Source: an uncultured Methylomagnum sp.
Lineage (GTDB): Bacteria; Pseudomonadota; Gammaproteobacteria; Methylococcales; Methylomonadaceae
Reading direction: 5' to 3'
NCBI GenBank assembly: GCA_964558865.1
Contig: CAZLGN010000001.1
Location: 1-38,126 of the forward strand
DNA: 38,126 nucleotides
Shown here: piece by piece, positions 1 through 10,471 of the stretch
Position numbering within the stretch: the stretch's first letter is position 1
How the letters are laid out: each line of letters opens with the position of its first letter
Program-made: the position numbers and the translations under genes
Notes under the pieces: model-generated
What the model saw: only the letters and a program-made list of their open reading frames with translations
Told to the model about the DNA's origin: nothing
Databases searched by the model: none

Positions 1-141
1 ATTAAGATAATTTAAATTGAAAAAATCAACATTCCACCCCGCTCAATGTGGGTTAAACGCTATTTTTATCCGCGTATTCTCAGGTTCGGGTACTGAAATC
101 GCCAACTCACGCCGCGTCCTTTTGAAAAGCAAAGCGATGCG

Positions 142-708
142 TTAAAAAACAGAAAATTGATTTTGTAATTGTTCAACTTTTTCAGCGGGCAATTTAATCG
201 TTAATTGAATTTGTCCTGCGAAACTTTGCTCAATAATTTGTCCATCAACTTTTTTTAATGCGTACTCAAAAAACTGAAATTGGTCATAATCGAGTGTGAA
301 AGTTAGCGTCACCATTTCAATAAATTCTTGTAACGTTGCACTATCAATCACTTGTTTTGCCGTGTTGCCGTAAGCGCGTGTTAACCCCCCTGCCCCTAAT
401 TTCACACCACCAAAATATCGAATGACAATGATAAGCGCGTTAATAATGTTTTTGCCTTCTAAATGTTGAAAAATGGGTTTTCCAGCCGTGCCAGAAGGTT
501 CACCCGCATCGTGAAAACGATAAACAATGCCATTTTCTGTTTTTAAACGATAAGCAAAAACAATGTGATTGGCGTGTGGATGCGCCGTGTGTTGTATTTT
601 CAATTCATGTAAAACGTCTTGCTCGTTCTCACAAGGTTTAAGGATGCCGATAAAACGGGATTTTTTAATAATTTCTTCAAAGAGGTGCGTTTGCGTAACT
701 GAAAACAT
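142..708 (-). CDS. yigZ: YigZ/IMPACT (UPF0029) family protein
   Basis: 188-aa ORF. It carries the family-typical motifs KSRFIG, HDAGEPSGTAGKPI and VIRYFGGVKLGAGGLTRAY. Confidence 0.85.
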   Translation of the reverse strand: MFSVTQTHLFEEIIKKSRFIGILKPCENEQDVLHELKIQHTAHPHANHIVFAYRLKTENGIVYRFHDAGEPSGTAGKPIFQHLEGKNIINALIIVIRYFGGVKLGAGGLTRAYGNTAKQVIDSATLQEFIEMVTLTFTLDYDQFQFFEYALKKVDGQIIEQSFAGQIQLTIKLPAEKVEQLQNQFSVF

Positions 709-784
709 GGATTAGGACAGATTTTTTTTTTGATTATGATGCTGTCATCATAAAGGATTCAAGCGGCTTCATCAGCATCGAACG

Positions 785-2005
785 TTAACTTTGGCAAAAT
801 GTTTTTCCAAAAATAAGTTGGTCGCGCCATTTCGATAAGTCGGTTTTATTTTCAAGTAACTCTTGATACCAAATGCTATCTGCTATGTCGCCGTATAAAA
901 CCGCGCCCGTCAACTGATTCGCCTTTAAGACTAATTTTTTGTAAATGCCCAATGCTGGGTCAGAAAAGGTAATACTTTCACTTTCTTCGTCACCGACAAA
1001 ATCACCGACTGAAAACAATTGAATCCCCGTTACTTTCAACTTTGTTGCGGTTGGCAAAGTGATGTATTCCGCCACGCCGTGTGCGCTGAGATGATTTGCA
1101 CACACTTTCGCTTGTTCAAATAGTGGCGCGATTGATCCAAACGTCGCGCCACGATGTTGAATGCACTCACCGACCGCGTAAATACTGGGGTCATAACTTT
1201 GCAACGTGTCATTTACCACAATTCCGCGTTCACAATATAAACCCGCTTCTTTTGCTAAGGTCATATTCGGTTCAACGCCAATTGCGGTAATAAATAAATC
1301 ACACGCTAACGCACTTCCGTCTTCAAAATGTGCCGAAATAATGTGTTTATTTTCATTGCCGACGAGCTTTTGTAATTTTGCCGACATTTTGAATACGATG
1401 CCGCGTTGTTCGAGTTCGGTTTGTAATAACTTCGCCGCCGTTTTATCCAATTGGCGATTAAGTAAAATTTCGTTGCTGTGAACAACCATGACTTTCATGC
1501 CGCGCAATGCCAAACAATTCGCCGCTTCTAAACCCAATAATCCACCACCCAAAATCACCGCTTTTTTGTGCGTGCGGCTGTAATCGAGCATTTTATTTAC
1601 GTCCAAAATGTCTCGAAAACTAATCACTCCGTCTAAATTGTTACCTTCCACTTTTGGCAAAATCGCTTTTGAACCTGTGGCAATTAACAATCGGTCGTAA
1701 CTTGCGGTGGTGCCGTCAATGGCAATCACTTTTTTGTAACCGCGTTCGATACGCGCCACAGCTTTTTTCTCGCCCGCGTGTAATTTGATTTTATTATCGA
1801 CGTACCATTGGCGTGGGTTAATGACAATGTCTTCAACGGTTTTATCGCCCGCTAACACCGCTGACAACATGATGCGATTGTAGTTGCCGTAAGGTTCTGC
1901 GCCAAAAACCGTGATTTCATATTGGTCGGGCGACGCGCTCAATAATTCTTCAATTGTTCGCATTCCCGCCATACCGTTGCCAATGACAACTAATCTTTGT
2001 TTCAT
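785..2005 (-). CDS. NAD(P)/FAD-dependent pyridine-nucleotide-disulfide-family oxidoreductase, resembling the N-terminal flavin module of NirB/NasB or rubredoxin reductase
   Basis: The tracked ORF runs 785..2041 from a TTG start. I prefer the ATG at 2005 because it places the Rossmann motif RLVVIGNGMAG at the N-terminus. A second dinucleotide motif, ILGGGLLGLEAA, is present. There is no siroheme or Fe-S domain. Confidence 0.8.
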   Translation of the reverse strand: MKQRLVVIGNGMAGMRTIEELLSASPDQYEITVFGAEPYGNYNRIMLSAVLAGDKTVEDIVINPRQWYVDNKIKLHAGEKKAVARIERGYKKVIAIDGTTASYDRLLIATGSKAILPKVEGNNLDGVISFRDILDVNKMLDYSRTHKKAVILGGGLLGLEAANCLALRGMKVMVVHSNEILLNRQLDKTAAKLLQTELEQRGIVFKMSAKLQKLVGNENKHIISAHFEDGSALACDLFITAIGVEPNMTLAKEAGLYCERGIVVNDTLQSYDPSIYAVGECIQHRGATFGSIAPLFEQAKVCANHLSAHGVAEYITLPTATKLKVTGIQLFSVGDFVGDEESESITFSDPALGIYKKLVLKANQLTGAVLYGDIADSIWYQELLENKTDLSKWRDQLIFGKTFCQS

Positions 2006-2041
2006 CTGTTTTACCTGCTGCCGAATATAAAAATGCTTCAA

Positions 2042-3574
2042 TCAAGCGAAAAACATTTTTTTTGCCAAATGTGAACCTGCTTGCGTGAGAGGATGAATAA
2101 TAAAATCCGCCCCCGATAATTCCAAAGCGGCTTGTTCTTCAGTGAAATAGCAAATTGTCCCAATGTGACCGTTAAACCCCCGTTTTCTTAATCGAAACGT
2201 GGCGGCACGACGGGCTTCAAAATCAGGCATCGTTAAAAGAATGCCTTTCACATGGTCAAGTCGTAATCCGTTTAATAATTCAACATCTTCCGCGTCACCG
2301 TAGACAACCCGTCGCCCATCAGCGAGCAATTTTTCTAAAATGGTGGGATCGGCATCAAATCCCACCACACGTTGTTCTTTTTCGTGTAACGCCAAATATG
2401 CAGACGTTCCCATTCGTCCCATGCCAAAAATAAGCCATTCTGCAACACCAATGCTGTCGGGTAGACGGTCTGGGTGTTTGCCTTTTCGTTCAAATCGAAT
2501 TAAAAAAGGTTCTAAAACCGAAAAGAGTCGATGTGAAAAACGATTTAAAGGTGCCGCAATTGCCAATGAAGCCGCCACCGCCAAACTAATTGTCGCTTGC
2601 CATTGTGAGGATAATAAATCTGCTTCCACCACTGCTTCAGTCGTAATCAAAGCAAATTCGCTGTATGTCATTAACGCCAAAGAGGAAATAAATGCCGTTC
2701 GAGCGCGTAATCCAAAAAATACGAATAACATAAAAAATAATGCGCCTTGCAATGGCAACATTAACAGCAGAAAAATAGCATCTTGGATTTGTTCCAAACT
2801 GGGCAATTCGCTCAAACCGATTTGAATAAAAAAGGCGACCAATAAAATTTCTTTCAGCCCCCACAACTTGTTGGCAATATCTTCTGTTTTGGTATGTGAT
2901 GCCAACGTAATCCCCATTAACAACGCGCCAATATCTGCTGAAATACCGACATGATTTGCAATGGCACTTCCCGCCAAGGCAAAAAATACACCCAGTAATA
3001 AACGCAAATCATCGCTGTGAGTGGCGGATAATAATCGATGCGCTAAGGGGCGAATTAACGGTAACGCTAGCAATCCAAATGCCCACGGATTTGGCGTTTT
3101 TCCATTTGCCACGGCTAATAATCCAATCGCAATAATGTCCTGCAAAATCAAAATACTTAACACGTCGCGTCCGTGCAGTGTTGATAACTCGTTATTATCT
3201 TCAAGAACCTTAATCGCTAACACGGTACTCGAAAATGCCAAGCTCGCGCCCAATATCAAACCGCCCGTTAGATGTCCGCCTTGCCAAAGAAAAAAAGCGA
3301 CGGAAATACCTGTGACAATCGTTAAATGCAACCCACCTACACTGAGAACCTCACGTTTTACAAGTGAACGGGGTTTTATTTTTAAACCAACGGTAAAAAG
3401 TAATAATTCAATGCCTACATCAGCAAGATGATTAAGCGTCGGCGAGGTGGCAATTTCAAAAAAATTTAAAACGTATCCCGCTAACAAATAACCCACTAAA
3501 GGTGGCAGAAACAAACGGTTAGCGAGTAATCCAATAAAATACGCGCTGCCTAAAAAAATAACTTCATCCATCAA
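2042..3574 (-). CDS. Kef-type monovalent cation:proton antiporter (CPA2) with a C-terminal RCK/TrkA-N domain
   Basis: 510-aa ORF. The N-terminal part is polytopic and hydrophobic (LPPLVGYLLAGYVLN...). The C-terminal part carries the Rossmann-like motif LIFGMGRMGTSAYLAL...VVGFDADP, typical of KefB/KefC-like proteins. Confidence 0.85.
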   Translation of the reverse strand: MMDEVIFLGSAYFIGLLANRLFLPPLVGYLLAGYVLNFFEIATSPTLNHLADVGIELLLFTVGLKIKPRSLVKREVLSVGGLHLTIVTGISVAFFLWQGGHLTGGLILGASLAFSSTVLAIKVLEDNNELSTLHGRDVLSILILQDIIAIGLLAVANGKTPNPWAFGLLALPLIRPLAHRLLSATHSDDLRLLLGVFFALAGSAIANHVGISADIGALLMGITLASHTKTEDIANKLWGLKEILLVAFFIQIGLSELPSLEQIQDAIFLLLMLPLQGALFFMLFVFFGLRARTAFISSLALMTYSEFALITTEAVVEADLLSSQWQATISLAVAASLAIAAPLNRFSHRLFSVLEPFLIRFERKGKHPDRLPDSIGVAEWLIFGMGRMGTSAYLALHEKEQRVVGFDADPTILEKLLADGRRVVYGDAEDVELLNGLRLDHVKGILLTMPDFEARRAATFRLRKRGFNGHIGTICYFTEEQAALELSGADFIIHPLTQAGSHLAKKMFFA

Positions 3575-4214
3575 AATTCTCCCGTGTGCGTTTTGTAATT
3601 ATTTCAGTCTAGCAAACGGACTTTAATAACACGACTGGAGCTTTACAAAAATCTGTCACACACAAACAAGCAGGGATATTTTTTACAAATCTGGAATGTT
3701 CATGGTGTCTTCGCAACCATTACTGCAATGAATCGTGATGCCGTTTTTCCAGTGAAAAATTCCGACAAATGCACATCGTCGCGCGGGGAGAATTTCTTCG
3801 TAAAAGGTGACAATTTGATGCGTTTCCTGTGAATCTCAAAGGCAAATTAAAATGCTGTTCAAAATGCGTTTTGCAATGGTTGTGCCAGTATTAAAAACCA
3901 TTGATTTCATGTGGCTTTATTTGTTTAAACACAGGAAGGTTATGCTTTTTCGCATTGTTATGGTGCAATCATAAAAACATGGAGGACGCTTTTAGTGCAG
4001 CTAAACCAAATTGATTGTGGTTGCCGATGTCACACGTCGATAACAAAGAATTAACGACTACAGCCTGCGTAACACCCGTTGGCATGATAATTAAATCCGT
4101 TATAGGGTAATAATGACATAGTACAATGCGCCAATTATTTTCATTCGCGCGTTGTTTTTGAGAATGAATATGGATGAATACAAATCATAACCCCCTGTTT
4201 TAAAGGATTTTTCT

Positions 4215-7200
4215 ATGCAACAGACGCAATCTACTGATGAAAAAAATGTTTCTAAAATGCTTTCAAAATTGTTTGAACAATTACAAAGCGAATTTGAAAG
4301 CACGCTTGCGCGTCTTGAAGAACAAAATTGGATTAAATCCCAAGTAACTCAAATTACGACCTCGATTTATCAAACAAAAACCTTTGCTGATTTAGCGCAA
4401 ACGCTTCTTTCTGAAATCGCAACACCGTTGAATATCGGACAAGGCGCGTTTTATATGCTGGAAGAAAACGAAAAACTGACTTTAATTGGTGGTTATGGTC
4501 TGAAAGTAAATAAAAAAAAGGCGAATTATCAACTCGAAATCGGTGAAGGATTAGTCGGACAATGCGCGAAAGAAAAACGGCAAATTATGATTGCCGATGT
4601 GCCAAGCAACTACGCCAAAATCAATTCTGCGCTAGGTGATGCGTCACCCCGATGTTTGCTAATCACGCCAATCATGCACATAGATTGTCTGGTTGGTGTC
4701 ATTGAATTAGCGTCATTTTGTACGTTTAATGCGCGGCAAATTGCGCTTTTAGAAGAAATTCTGCCATTACTCGCGATGAATTTTGAAATGATGGAGCGTA
4801 CGCTTCACACGCAACGCTTGTTAGAAGAAACGCAAAAACAAGCCGCCATCATGAAACAGCAATCCATTGAAATGGAAGCGAAGCAAGTTCAAATTAAAGC
4901 CACTGAACGTTGGTATCGCAGCATTGTGAATTCCTCGCCTGATGGTTTATTGATTGCCGATGAACACGGTGTAATTGTGCTAGTGAATCCCAAAATCGCC
5001 AATATCTTTGGCTATCAAATCGATGAATTGGTCGGAAAACCTGTTGAAGTTTTAGTTCCACAAGGGGCGCGTGGTGGACATCACAAACACCGTGACAGTT
5101 ATGTTCAATCAAATTCTGCCAGCAAAGACAGTGAAAGTCGTCAAATGGGCATGGGTTCCATAACATTACACGGCGTGCGTAAAGATGGTTCAGAATTTCC
5201 TGTTGATTTAGGATTATCGAAATTGCCCGCGCTGGATGGCAAAGGCATTTGTATTTGTGTTTCGGTGCGTGACATTTCGAAACGAAAAGCCATTGAACAA
5301 CAAATACAACGCGACCAATTCCTTTCAGAAACCGCGTTAGATTTAACGCGCTCAGGTTATTGGCAAACGACTTTAACTAAAAAAGGTTTTCGTTATATAG
5401 CCTCTGATCGAACAGCAACTATCTTGGGAGACCCAGAAAATACGCATGACACAGATTGGTTATCCCATATCAGCGTTATTGATAAAGAAATTGCCCAGCG
5501 TGTACAAGAAAATTTCGATGCTGCCGTTGCGGGAACGGTGCCGTTTTATGACAACATTTACCCATATATGCGCCCAATCGACAGCAAAGTGATTTGGGTT
5601 CATGCAATCGGTAACGTCATACGCGATGCCGATAATAATTTCGTTGAAATGTACGGCGTAATTCAAGATATAACCGAATCAAAAAACGCCGAGAAAAAAC
5701 TCCAACTCGCCAAAGAACTCGCTGAAGAAGCGGGACAAGCCAAAAGTGATTTTCTTGCTAACATGAGTCATGAAATTCGCACGCCAATGAATGCGGTGAT
5801 TGGTATGTCGTATTTAATGATGAAAACGGATTTAACGACCCGACAGTTGAATTACATCAAAAAAATCAACAGTTCAAGCCAACATTTACTCGGTATTATT
5901 AACGACATTTTGGATTTTTCTAAAATCGACGCAGGAAAATTAACCATTGAATCGATTGATTTCTTCATGGATAAAGTCCTAACTAATGTCACTAATTTAA
6001 TTGCTGAAAAAGCGAACGACAAAGATTTAGAACTCATTTTTGATGTATCGCCTGACGTGCCACGCCATTTAATGGGTGATCCATTACGTTTAGGGCAAAT
6101 CTTGATTAACTACGCCAATAACGCCGTGAAATTCACAGAGAAAGGCGAAATCGTCATTGAAGTTAATCTTAAAGAAAATAATGCGGAAAATGTTTTGGTA
6201 CATTTCGGCGTGCGTGATACAGGCATTGGCTTAACAGAAGAACAAAAAGGACGTTTATTTCAATCTTTTCAGCAGGCCGATACGTCAACGAGCCGTAAAT
6301 ATGGCGGCACAGGTTTAGGATTGGCGATTTCAAAACAACTTGCACAGTTAATGGGCGGTGAAGTTGGCGTTGAAAGTGAAGTCGGAAAAGGCAGTTCGTT
6401 TTGGTTCACCGCAAGACTAAACCGCATTAAAGATGGTGAAAGTGTTCAAAAATCAACAATGGATTTGCGAGGTTATAAAGCACTTGTTGTTGATGATAAT
6501 TTAACCGCGCGTCAAGTATTGACTGAACAATTAAACCAAATGTCTTTTCTTGTGACGCAAGCAGAATCAGGCAAAAAAGCCATACAAGAAATTGAGCAGG
6601 CGATAAAAAATCGTAAGCCTTTCGACATTGTCTTTATCGATTGGAAAATGCCTGAAATGAACGGGTTGGAAACGGCGCGTAACATTCATTTACTTGAAAT
6701 GGATGTCATTCCAAAAATCGTTATGGTGACGGCTTACGGGCGTGATGATGTCCTAGATGAGGCGACAAAAGTCGGTGTGGAATGTATTTTGACAAAACCC
6801 GTGAATGCTTCCACATTGCTCAATTCCATCATGCGAGCTTTCAGAGGCGAAGACGTTAAACAACAGGAACAGAATACAAAACGTAATGCCTCAAATTTGA
6901 TAGAAAATTTAACGACGATTAAAGGTGCCGCTATTTTGTTAACAGAAGATAATGAACTTAATCAAGAAGTTGCATCAGGTTTATTAGAATTTGGGCATTT
7001 TGATTTAGACATTGCGAATAATGGTCAAGAAGCCGTTGATATGGTTGGTATAAAACATTACGACATTGTGTTGATGGATATGCAAATGCCTGTGATGGAC
7101 GGCGTAACAGCGACTGCTGAAATTCGCAAAAATACGGCTTTAGATGCCATGCCAATTATTGCCATGACAGCCAATGCAATGTCTGAAGACAAAGAAAAAT

Positions 7201-7967
7201 GTTTAAAAGTTGGAATGCAAGACCATATTTCAAAACCCATTGATCCCGAAGAATTATTTTTTGCATTGCTCACATGGATTAAACCGCGTGAAGGTATTGG
7301 CGAAATCGGCGAAATAATTGAATCTAAACAAACAAACCCCGACGTTGAACAATCTGCACCAGACATCAATTTAAATGATTTATTGGTTATTGAAAATCTT
7401 GATGTGGAACTGGGTTTGCAGCGGGTGTTGGGCAATAGAAAATTGTATTTGAATATATTACGCAAATATATCGGCAGCCAAGACACAACGGTGGACGAAA
7501 TTAGAACCGCATTAAGCGCGGGTGATTATTCAACCGCAGAGCGTATTGCTCACACGATTAAGGGCATGAGCGGTAATGTCGGTGCGATAATTTTACAAAA
7601 TATGGCAGGCGAATTAGAAAATATGATTCGTAATGGTGACATTCACAACATTGACGTTAAACTTAGCGCATTTTCAGAAATGTTTAACGACATGATTACC
7701 AAAATAAAAAAGGGCTTGCCCGCTGAGGCAGCGCATATTGCCAAAACCGTTGATACAAGCAAAGCTCCCGAAGTGATTAAACAGTTAAAACAATTACTCG
7801 CCGATGACAGCAGCAAATCAGGTGCGCTTATTGAAGATAATATCGATTTGCTGAGTTTTATTTTAGGTGCGAAAATTTTTTCGAAAATAGACCGCGCTGT
7901 AAAACAATTTGATTTAGATGACGCACTGACGTTTCTCGAAGAACGCATTGCGGAACTTGAAATTTAA
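4215..7967 (+). CDS. Soluble hybrid sensor histidine kinase (coiled coil-GAF-PAS-PAS/PAC-HisKA-HATPase-REC-REC-Hpt)
   Basis: 1250-aa ORF with AAGGA 8 nt upstream of the ATG.
- H-box: [16 protein letters not shown].
- G-boxes: DTGIGL and [11 protein letters not shown].
- Two receiver motifs: VDDN...DWKMPEMNG and TEDN...DMQMPVMDG.
- Hpt motif: [12 protein letters not shown].
- No transmembrane segment is evident. Confidence 0.9.
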   Translation: MQQTQSTDEKNVSKMLSKLFEQLQSEFESTLARLEEQNWIKSQVTQITTSIYQTKTFADLAQTLLSEIATPLNIGQGAFYMLEENEKLTLIGGYGLKVNKKKANYQLEIGEGLVGQCAKEKRQIMIADVPSNYAKINSALGDASPRCLLITPIMHIDCLVGVIELASFCTFNARQIALLEEILPLLAMNFEMMERTLHTQRLLEETQKQAAIMKQQSIEMEAKQVQIKATERWYRSIVNSSPDGLLIADEHGVIVLVNPKIANIFGYQIDELVGKPVEVLVPQGARGGHHKHRDSYVQSNSASKDSESRQMGMGSITLHGVRKDGSEFPVDLGLSKLPALDGKGICICVSVRDISKRKAIEQQIQRDQFLSETALDLTRSGYWQTTLTKKGFRYIASDRTATILGDPENTHDTDWLSHISVIDKEIAQRVQENFDAAVAGTVPFYDNIYPYMRPIDSKVIWVHAIGNVIRDADNNFVEMYGVIQDITESKNAEKKLQLAKELAEEAGQAKSDFLANMSHEIRTPMNAVIGMSYLMMKTDLTTRQLNYIKKINSSSQHLLGIINDILDFSKIDAGKLTIESIDFFMDKVLTNVTNLIAEKANDKDLELIFDVSPDVPRHLMGDPLRLGQILINYANNAVKFTEKGEIVIEVNLKENNAENVLVHFGVRDTGIGLTEEQKGRLFQSFQQADTSTSRKYGGTGLGLAISKQLAQLMGGEVGVESEVGKGSSFWFTARLNRIKDGESVQKSTMDLRGYKALVVDDNLTARQVLTEQLNQMSFLVTQAESGKKAIQEIEQAIKNRKPFDIVFIDWKMPEMNGLETARNIHLLEMDVIPKIVMVTAYGRDDVLDEATKVGVECILTKPVNASTLLNSIMRAFRGEDVKQQEQNTKRNASNLIENLTTIKGAAILLTEDNELNQEVASGLLEFGHFDLDIANNGQEAVDMVGIKHYDIVLMDMQMPVMDGVTATAEIRKNTALDAMPIIAMTANAMSEDKEKCLKVGMQDHISKPIDPEELFFALLTWIKPREGIGEIGEIIESKQTNPDVEQSAPDINLNDLLVIENLDVELGLQRVLGNRKLYLNILRKYIGSQDTTVDEIRTALSAGDYSTAERIAHTIKGMSGNVGAIILQNMAGELENMIRNGDIHNIDVKLSAFSEMFNDMITKIKKGLPAEAAHIAKTVDTSKAPEVIKQLKQLLADDSSKSGALIEDNIDLLSFILGAKIFSKIDRAVKQFDLDDALTFLEERIAELEI

Positions 7968-8006
7968 CAACCACAGAAAAATAACAAAATTATTTGGAAA
8001 AAAACA

Positions 8007-9206
8007 ATGTCTTTAACTAAAGATTCTACCGATAAAGCAACCATCCTCGTCATTGATGATACGCCCGATAACCTCGTCATCATGAGTAATTTACTCGAAG
8101 ACAAATATACCGTCAAAGTAGCGAATCGGGGTGAAAAAGGTTTAAAAATCGCGCGTTCAAATTCACCACCTGATTTAATTCTTTTAGATATTATGATGCC
8201 AGAAATGGATGGTTATGAAGTCTGTGAACTTTTGAAAGCCGACCCGAAAACAGCGGATATTCCGATTATTTTTCTGACTGCCAAAAATGAAGTCGATGAC
8301 GAAATTTCTGGTTTTACACTGGGGGCAGTGGATTACATTACCAAACCGATTCAAGCCGAGGTCACGTTAGCGCGAATTAAAAGACATTTAGCGATTAAGA
8401 TGGTGCAGGACAAACAGCGCGAAGCCGCTGCAAAACTTCGTAATCAGTTGATGTATATGCAGAAAATAAGCAGCATGGGACAACTTACCGCTGGGGTTGC
8501 ACACGAATTTAATAACATTTTAGGCGTAATTAGTGGTTATACCGAAATCAGTAAAATGATTATTGAAGATATTCAAGATGACAATTGCAAAGACGATTTA
8601 GGTCAAAATTTATCGGCGGTTGAAAAAGGCGTTAAAAAAGCGGCGCATTTAATTCAAAAAATGCTTGTTTATTGCAATCAGCATAATTTGAGCGAAAGAA
8701 AAAAGATTGATGTTAAACCGACGGTTAAGGTTATCAATGATGTTTTGTCAATGCTAGATGCAGCGGATAATGCAAAAACGACATTAACCGTGTCAACAAC
8801 CTGTGCAGAATCTATCGAAATAGATTCGACAGCGTTAAGTCAAATCGTAACTAATTTAATAAATAATGCACATTACGCTATCAAAAATGTGCCAGATGGC
8901 TGTGTAGAAATTTCATTGCAAATTACTCAATCAGTAGAATCGAACTGTACAGCCTGTGGCAATGTAATTGTTGGCGATTCACATATTAAATTAAGCGTCG
9001 CTGATAATGGTTGTGGAATGAATGCTGAAACGGTATTGAAAGTATTTGACCCGTTTTTCACCACAAAACCTGTTGGTGACGGCGTAGGATTAGGACTTTC
9101 AGTTGTGAGCGGTGTGGTACATCAAGCAGGCGGACACATTGTTGTCGATTCAAAATTAGACGAAGGAACGGTATTTAAGTTATTTTTCGACACGGGCGAT
9201 AATTAA
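8007..9206 (+). CDS. Response-regulator receiver fused to a histidine kinase (REC-HisKA-HATPase)
   Basis: 399-aa ORF starting 39 nt after the hybrid kinase.
- Receiver motifs: VIDDTPDN...LDIMMPEMDGYEV...FLTAK.
- H-box: AGVAHEFNNIL.
- ATPase motifs: DNGCGM and GVGLGLSVV. Confidence 0.9.
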   Translation: MSLTKDSTDKATILVIDDTPDNLVIMSNLLEDKYTVKVANRGEKGLKIARSNSPPDLILLDIMMPEMDGYEVCELLKADPKTADIPIIFLTAKNEVDDEISGFTLGAVDYITKPIQAEVTLARIKRHLAIKMVQDKQREAAAKLRNQLMYMQKISSMGQLTAGVAHEFNNILGVISGYTEISKMIIEDIQDDNCKDDLGQNLSAVEKGVKKAAHLIQKMLVYCNQHNLSERKKIDVKPTVKVINDVLSMLDAADNAKTTLTVSTTCAESIEIDSTALSQIVTNLINNAHYAIKNVPDGCVEISLQITQSVESNCTACGNVIVGDSHIKLSVADNGCGMNAETVLKVFDPFFTTKPVGDGVGLGLSVVSGVVHQAGGHIVVDSKLDEGTVFKLFFDTGDN

Positions 9207-9295
9207 AAATCGCTGACAAAAATGTGTGGTGAATTTCAGCAAAAATATGAACATTTCTTTTATGGTTTTTTTCAAATTCATTAACGTTCTTTTTC

Positions 9296-10471
9296 ATGAA
9301 AAATATCGAATACATTAACAAACCTGAGCAACTCAACGACTTGTGCCAACGCATTGAAAACGCGCCTTGGATTGCAATTGATACCGAATTTTTGCGCGAA
9401 AAAACCTATTATCCGCAATTCTGTTTATTGCAATTAGCGACTCCCGAATGGGTGGCGTGCGTTGATCCCATTACGTTGCCGAATTTGGGTCAACTTTTCA
9501 ACGCGATTTACAATCCAACCGTTACAAAAGTGTTTCATTCTTGCCGTCAGGATTTAGAAATTTTTTATCAGCTCACGGGAAAATTACCCACCCCGATTTT
9601 TGATACGCAAATTGCCGCTCCATTATTAGGTTTTCCTGAAAGTACAGGTTATGGCGCATTAGTATCGAGTTTTCTCAACATCAATTTGAATAAAGCACAC
9701 ACCCGCGCCGATTGGAGTGCGCGTCCATTGAGTCGTGACGAAATTCAGTATGCCGCCGACGATGTGATTTATTTGTGTAAAATTTATCAAAAAATGGTCA
9801 AACAATTAACAGATTTGAGGCGAATTGATTGGCTGGGTGATGATTTTGCCGCGTTAGAAAATGTCGAACAATATGAAGTCACGCCAGAAAATGCTTGGTT
9901 GCGTATCAAAGGAAAAAATAAATTAACGGGCAAACAATTGTCGATTATTCAAGTGATTTCGCAATGGCGCGAAGTGACAGCGCAAAAAGAAAATCGTCCC
10001 AAAAATTGGTTATTGCGTGACGAACAAGTGCTTGATTTTGCGAAATTACAACCTGAAAACAACGAGGCATTATCAAAAATTCGCGGGCTTAATGAGCGAG
10101 TAATAAATTATCACGGCAAAACGTTATGCACGTTAATTAAAACGGCAAGAAATTCGCCACCAATTCCGATTCCCGAATATGCAAAAAGCATTTCAAGTAA
10201 AAATCAGCAGCAAGAAGCTATCGTTGATATTTTGTTTGCATTGGTACGAATTCGCGCCGAAGAAAATTCGCTTAATCCCACCAGTTTAGCGACCCGCAAT
10301 GATTTGGAAGCCTTATTAAACGGCGAGACCGAAGACTGTTTATTATTGCGCGGCTGGCGTTTTTCGATGGTGGGTAAAGAATTGCAGCAACTTTTGAGCG
10401 GCGAAGTACAATTAAAAATCACCGACGGCTTGCTGCAATTCATTGGTTCAAATCAGCAGATAAACGCCTAA
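9296..10471 (+). CDS. rnd: Ribonuclease D
   Basis: 391-aa ORF. DEDD 3'-5' exonuclease motifs are present (IAIDTEF, FHSCRQDLE, YAADDVIYL), followed by an HRDC-like region. Confidence 0.9.
   Translation: MKNIEYINKPEQLNDLCQRIENAPWIAIDTEFLREKTYYPQFCLLQLATPEWVACVDPITLPNLGQLFNAIYNPTVTKVFHSCRQDLEIFYQLTGKLPTPIFDTQIAAPLLGFPESTGYGALVSSFLNINLNKAHTRADWSARPLSRDEIQYAADDVIYLCKIYQKMVKQLTDLRRIDWLGDDFAALENVEQYEVTPENAWLRIKGKNKLTGKQLSIIQVISQWREVTAQKENRPKNWLLRDEQVLDFAKLQPENNEALSKIRGLNERVINYHGKTLCTLIKTARNSPPIPIPEYAKSISSKNQQQEAIVDILFALVRIRAEENSLNPTSLATRNDLEALLNGETEDCLLLRGWRFSMVGKELQQLLSGEVQLKITDGLLQFIGSNQQINA

Noticed and set aside
722-731. T10 homopolymer and a nearby 7-bp inverted repeat (GATGCTG...CAGCATC) between yigZ and the oxidoreductase gene, as a possible terminator.
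   Set aside because: On the transcribed minus strand the run reads as A10, not U. The 7-bp arms are separated by about 26 nt. It is not a convincing intrinsic terminator.
2340-3431. Plus-strand ORFs of 161 aa (2340..2825) and 136 aa (3021..3431), and a 75-aa minus-strand ORF (2637..2864), all inside the Kef-type antiporter gene.
   Set aside because: They lie fully within a well-supported 510-aa CDS, antisense or out of frame. Their composition is low-complexity with no recognisable motifs, which is typical of shadow ORFs.
4080-4096. TGGCAT-N5-TTAAA, resembling a sigma54 -24/-12 promoter, upstream of the hybrid kinase.
   Set aside because: The essential GC of the -12 element is absent and the site is more than 115 nt from the ATG. 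It is a weak pattern match only.
4100-4303. 67-aa minus-strand ORF spanning the start of the hybrid kinase gene.
   Set aside because: It overlaps the kinase start codon and ribosome-binding site, and has Cys/Asn-rich odd composition with no motif. It is most likely spurious.
4894-7948. Several minus-strand ORFs of 60 to 142 aa (for example 7058..7486 and 7643..7948) inside the hybrid kinase gene.
   Set aside because: They are antisense shadows of a continuous 1250-aa multidomain CDS.
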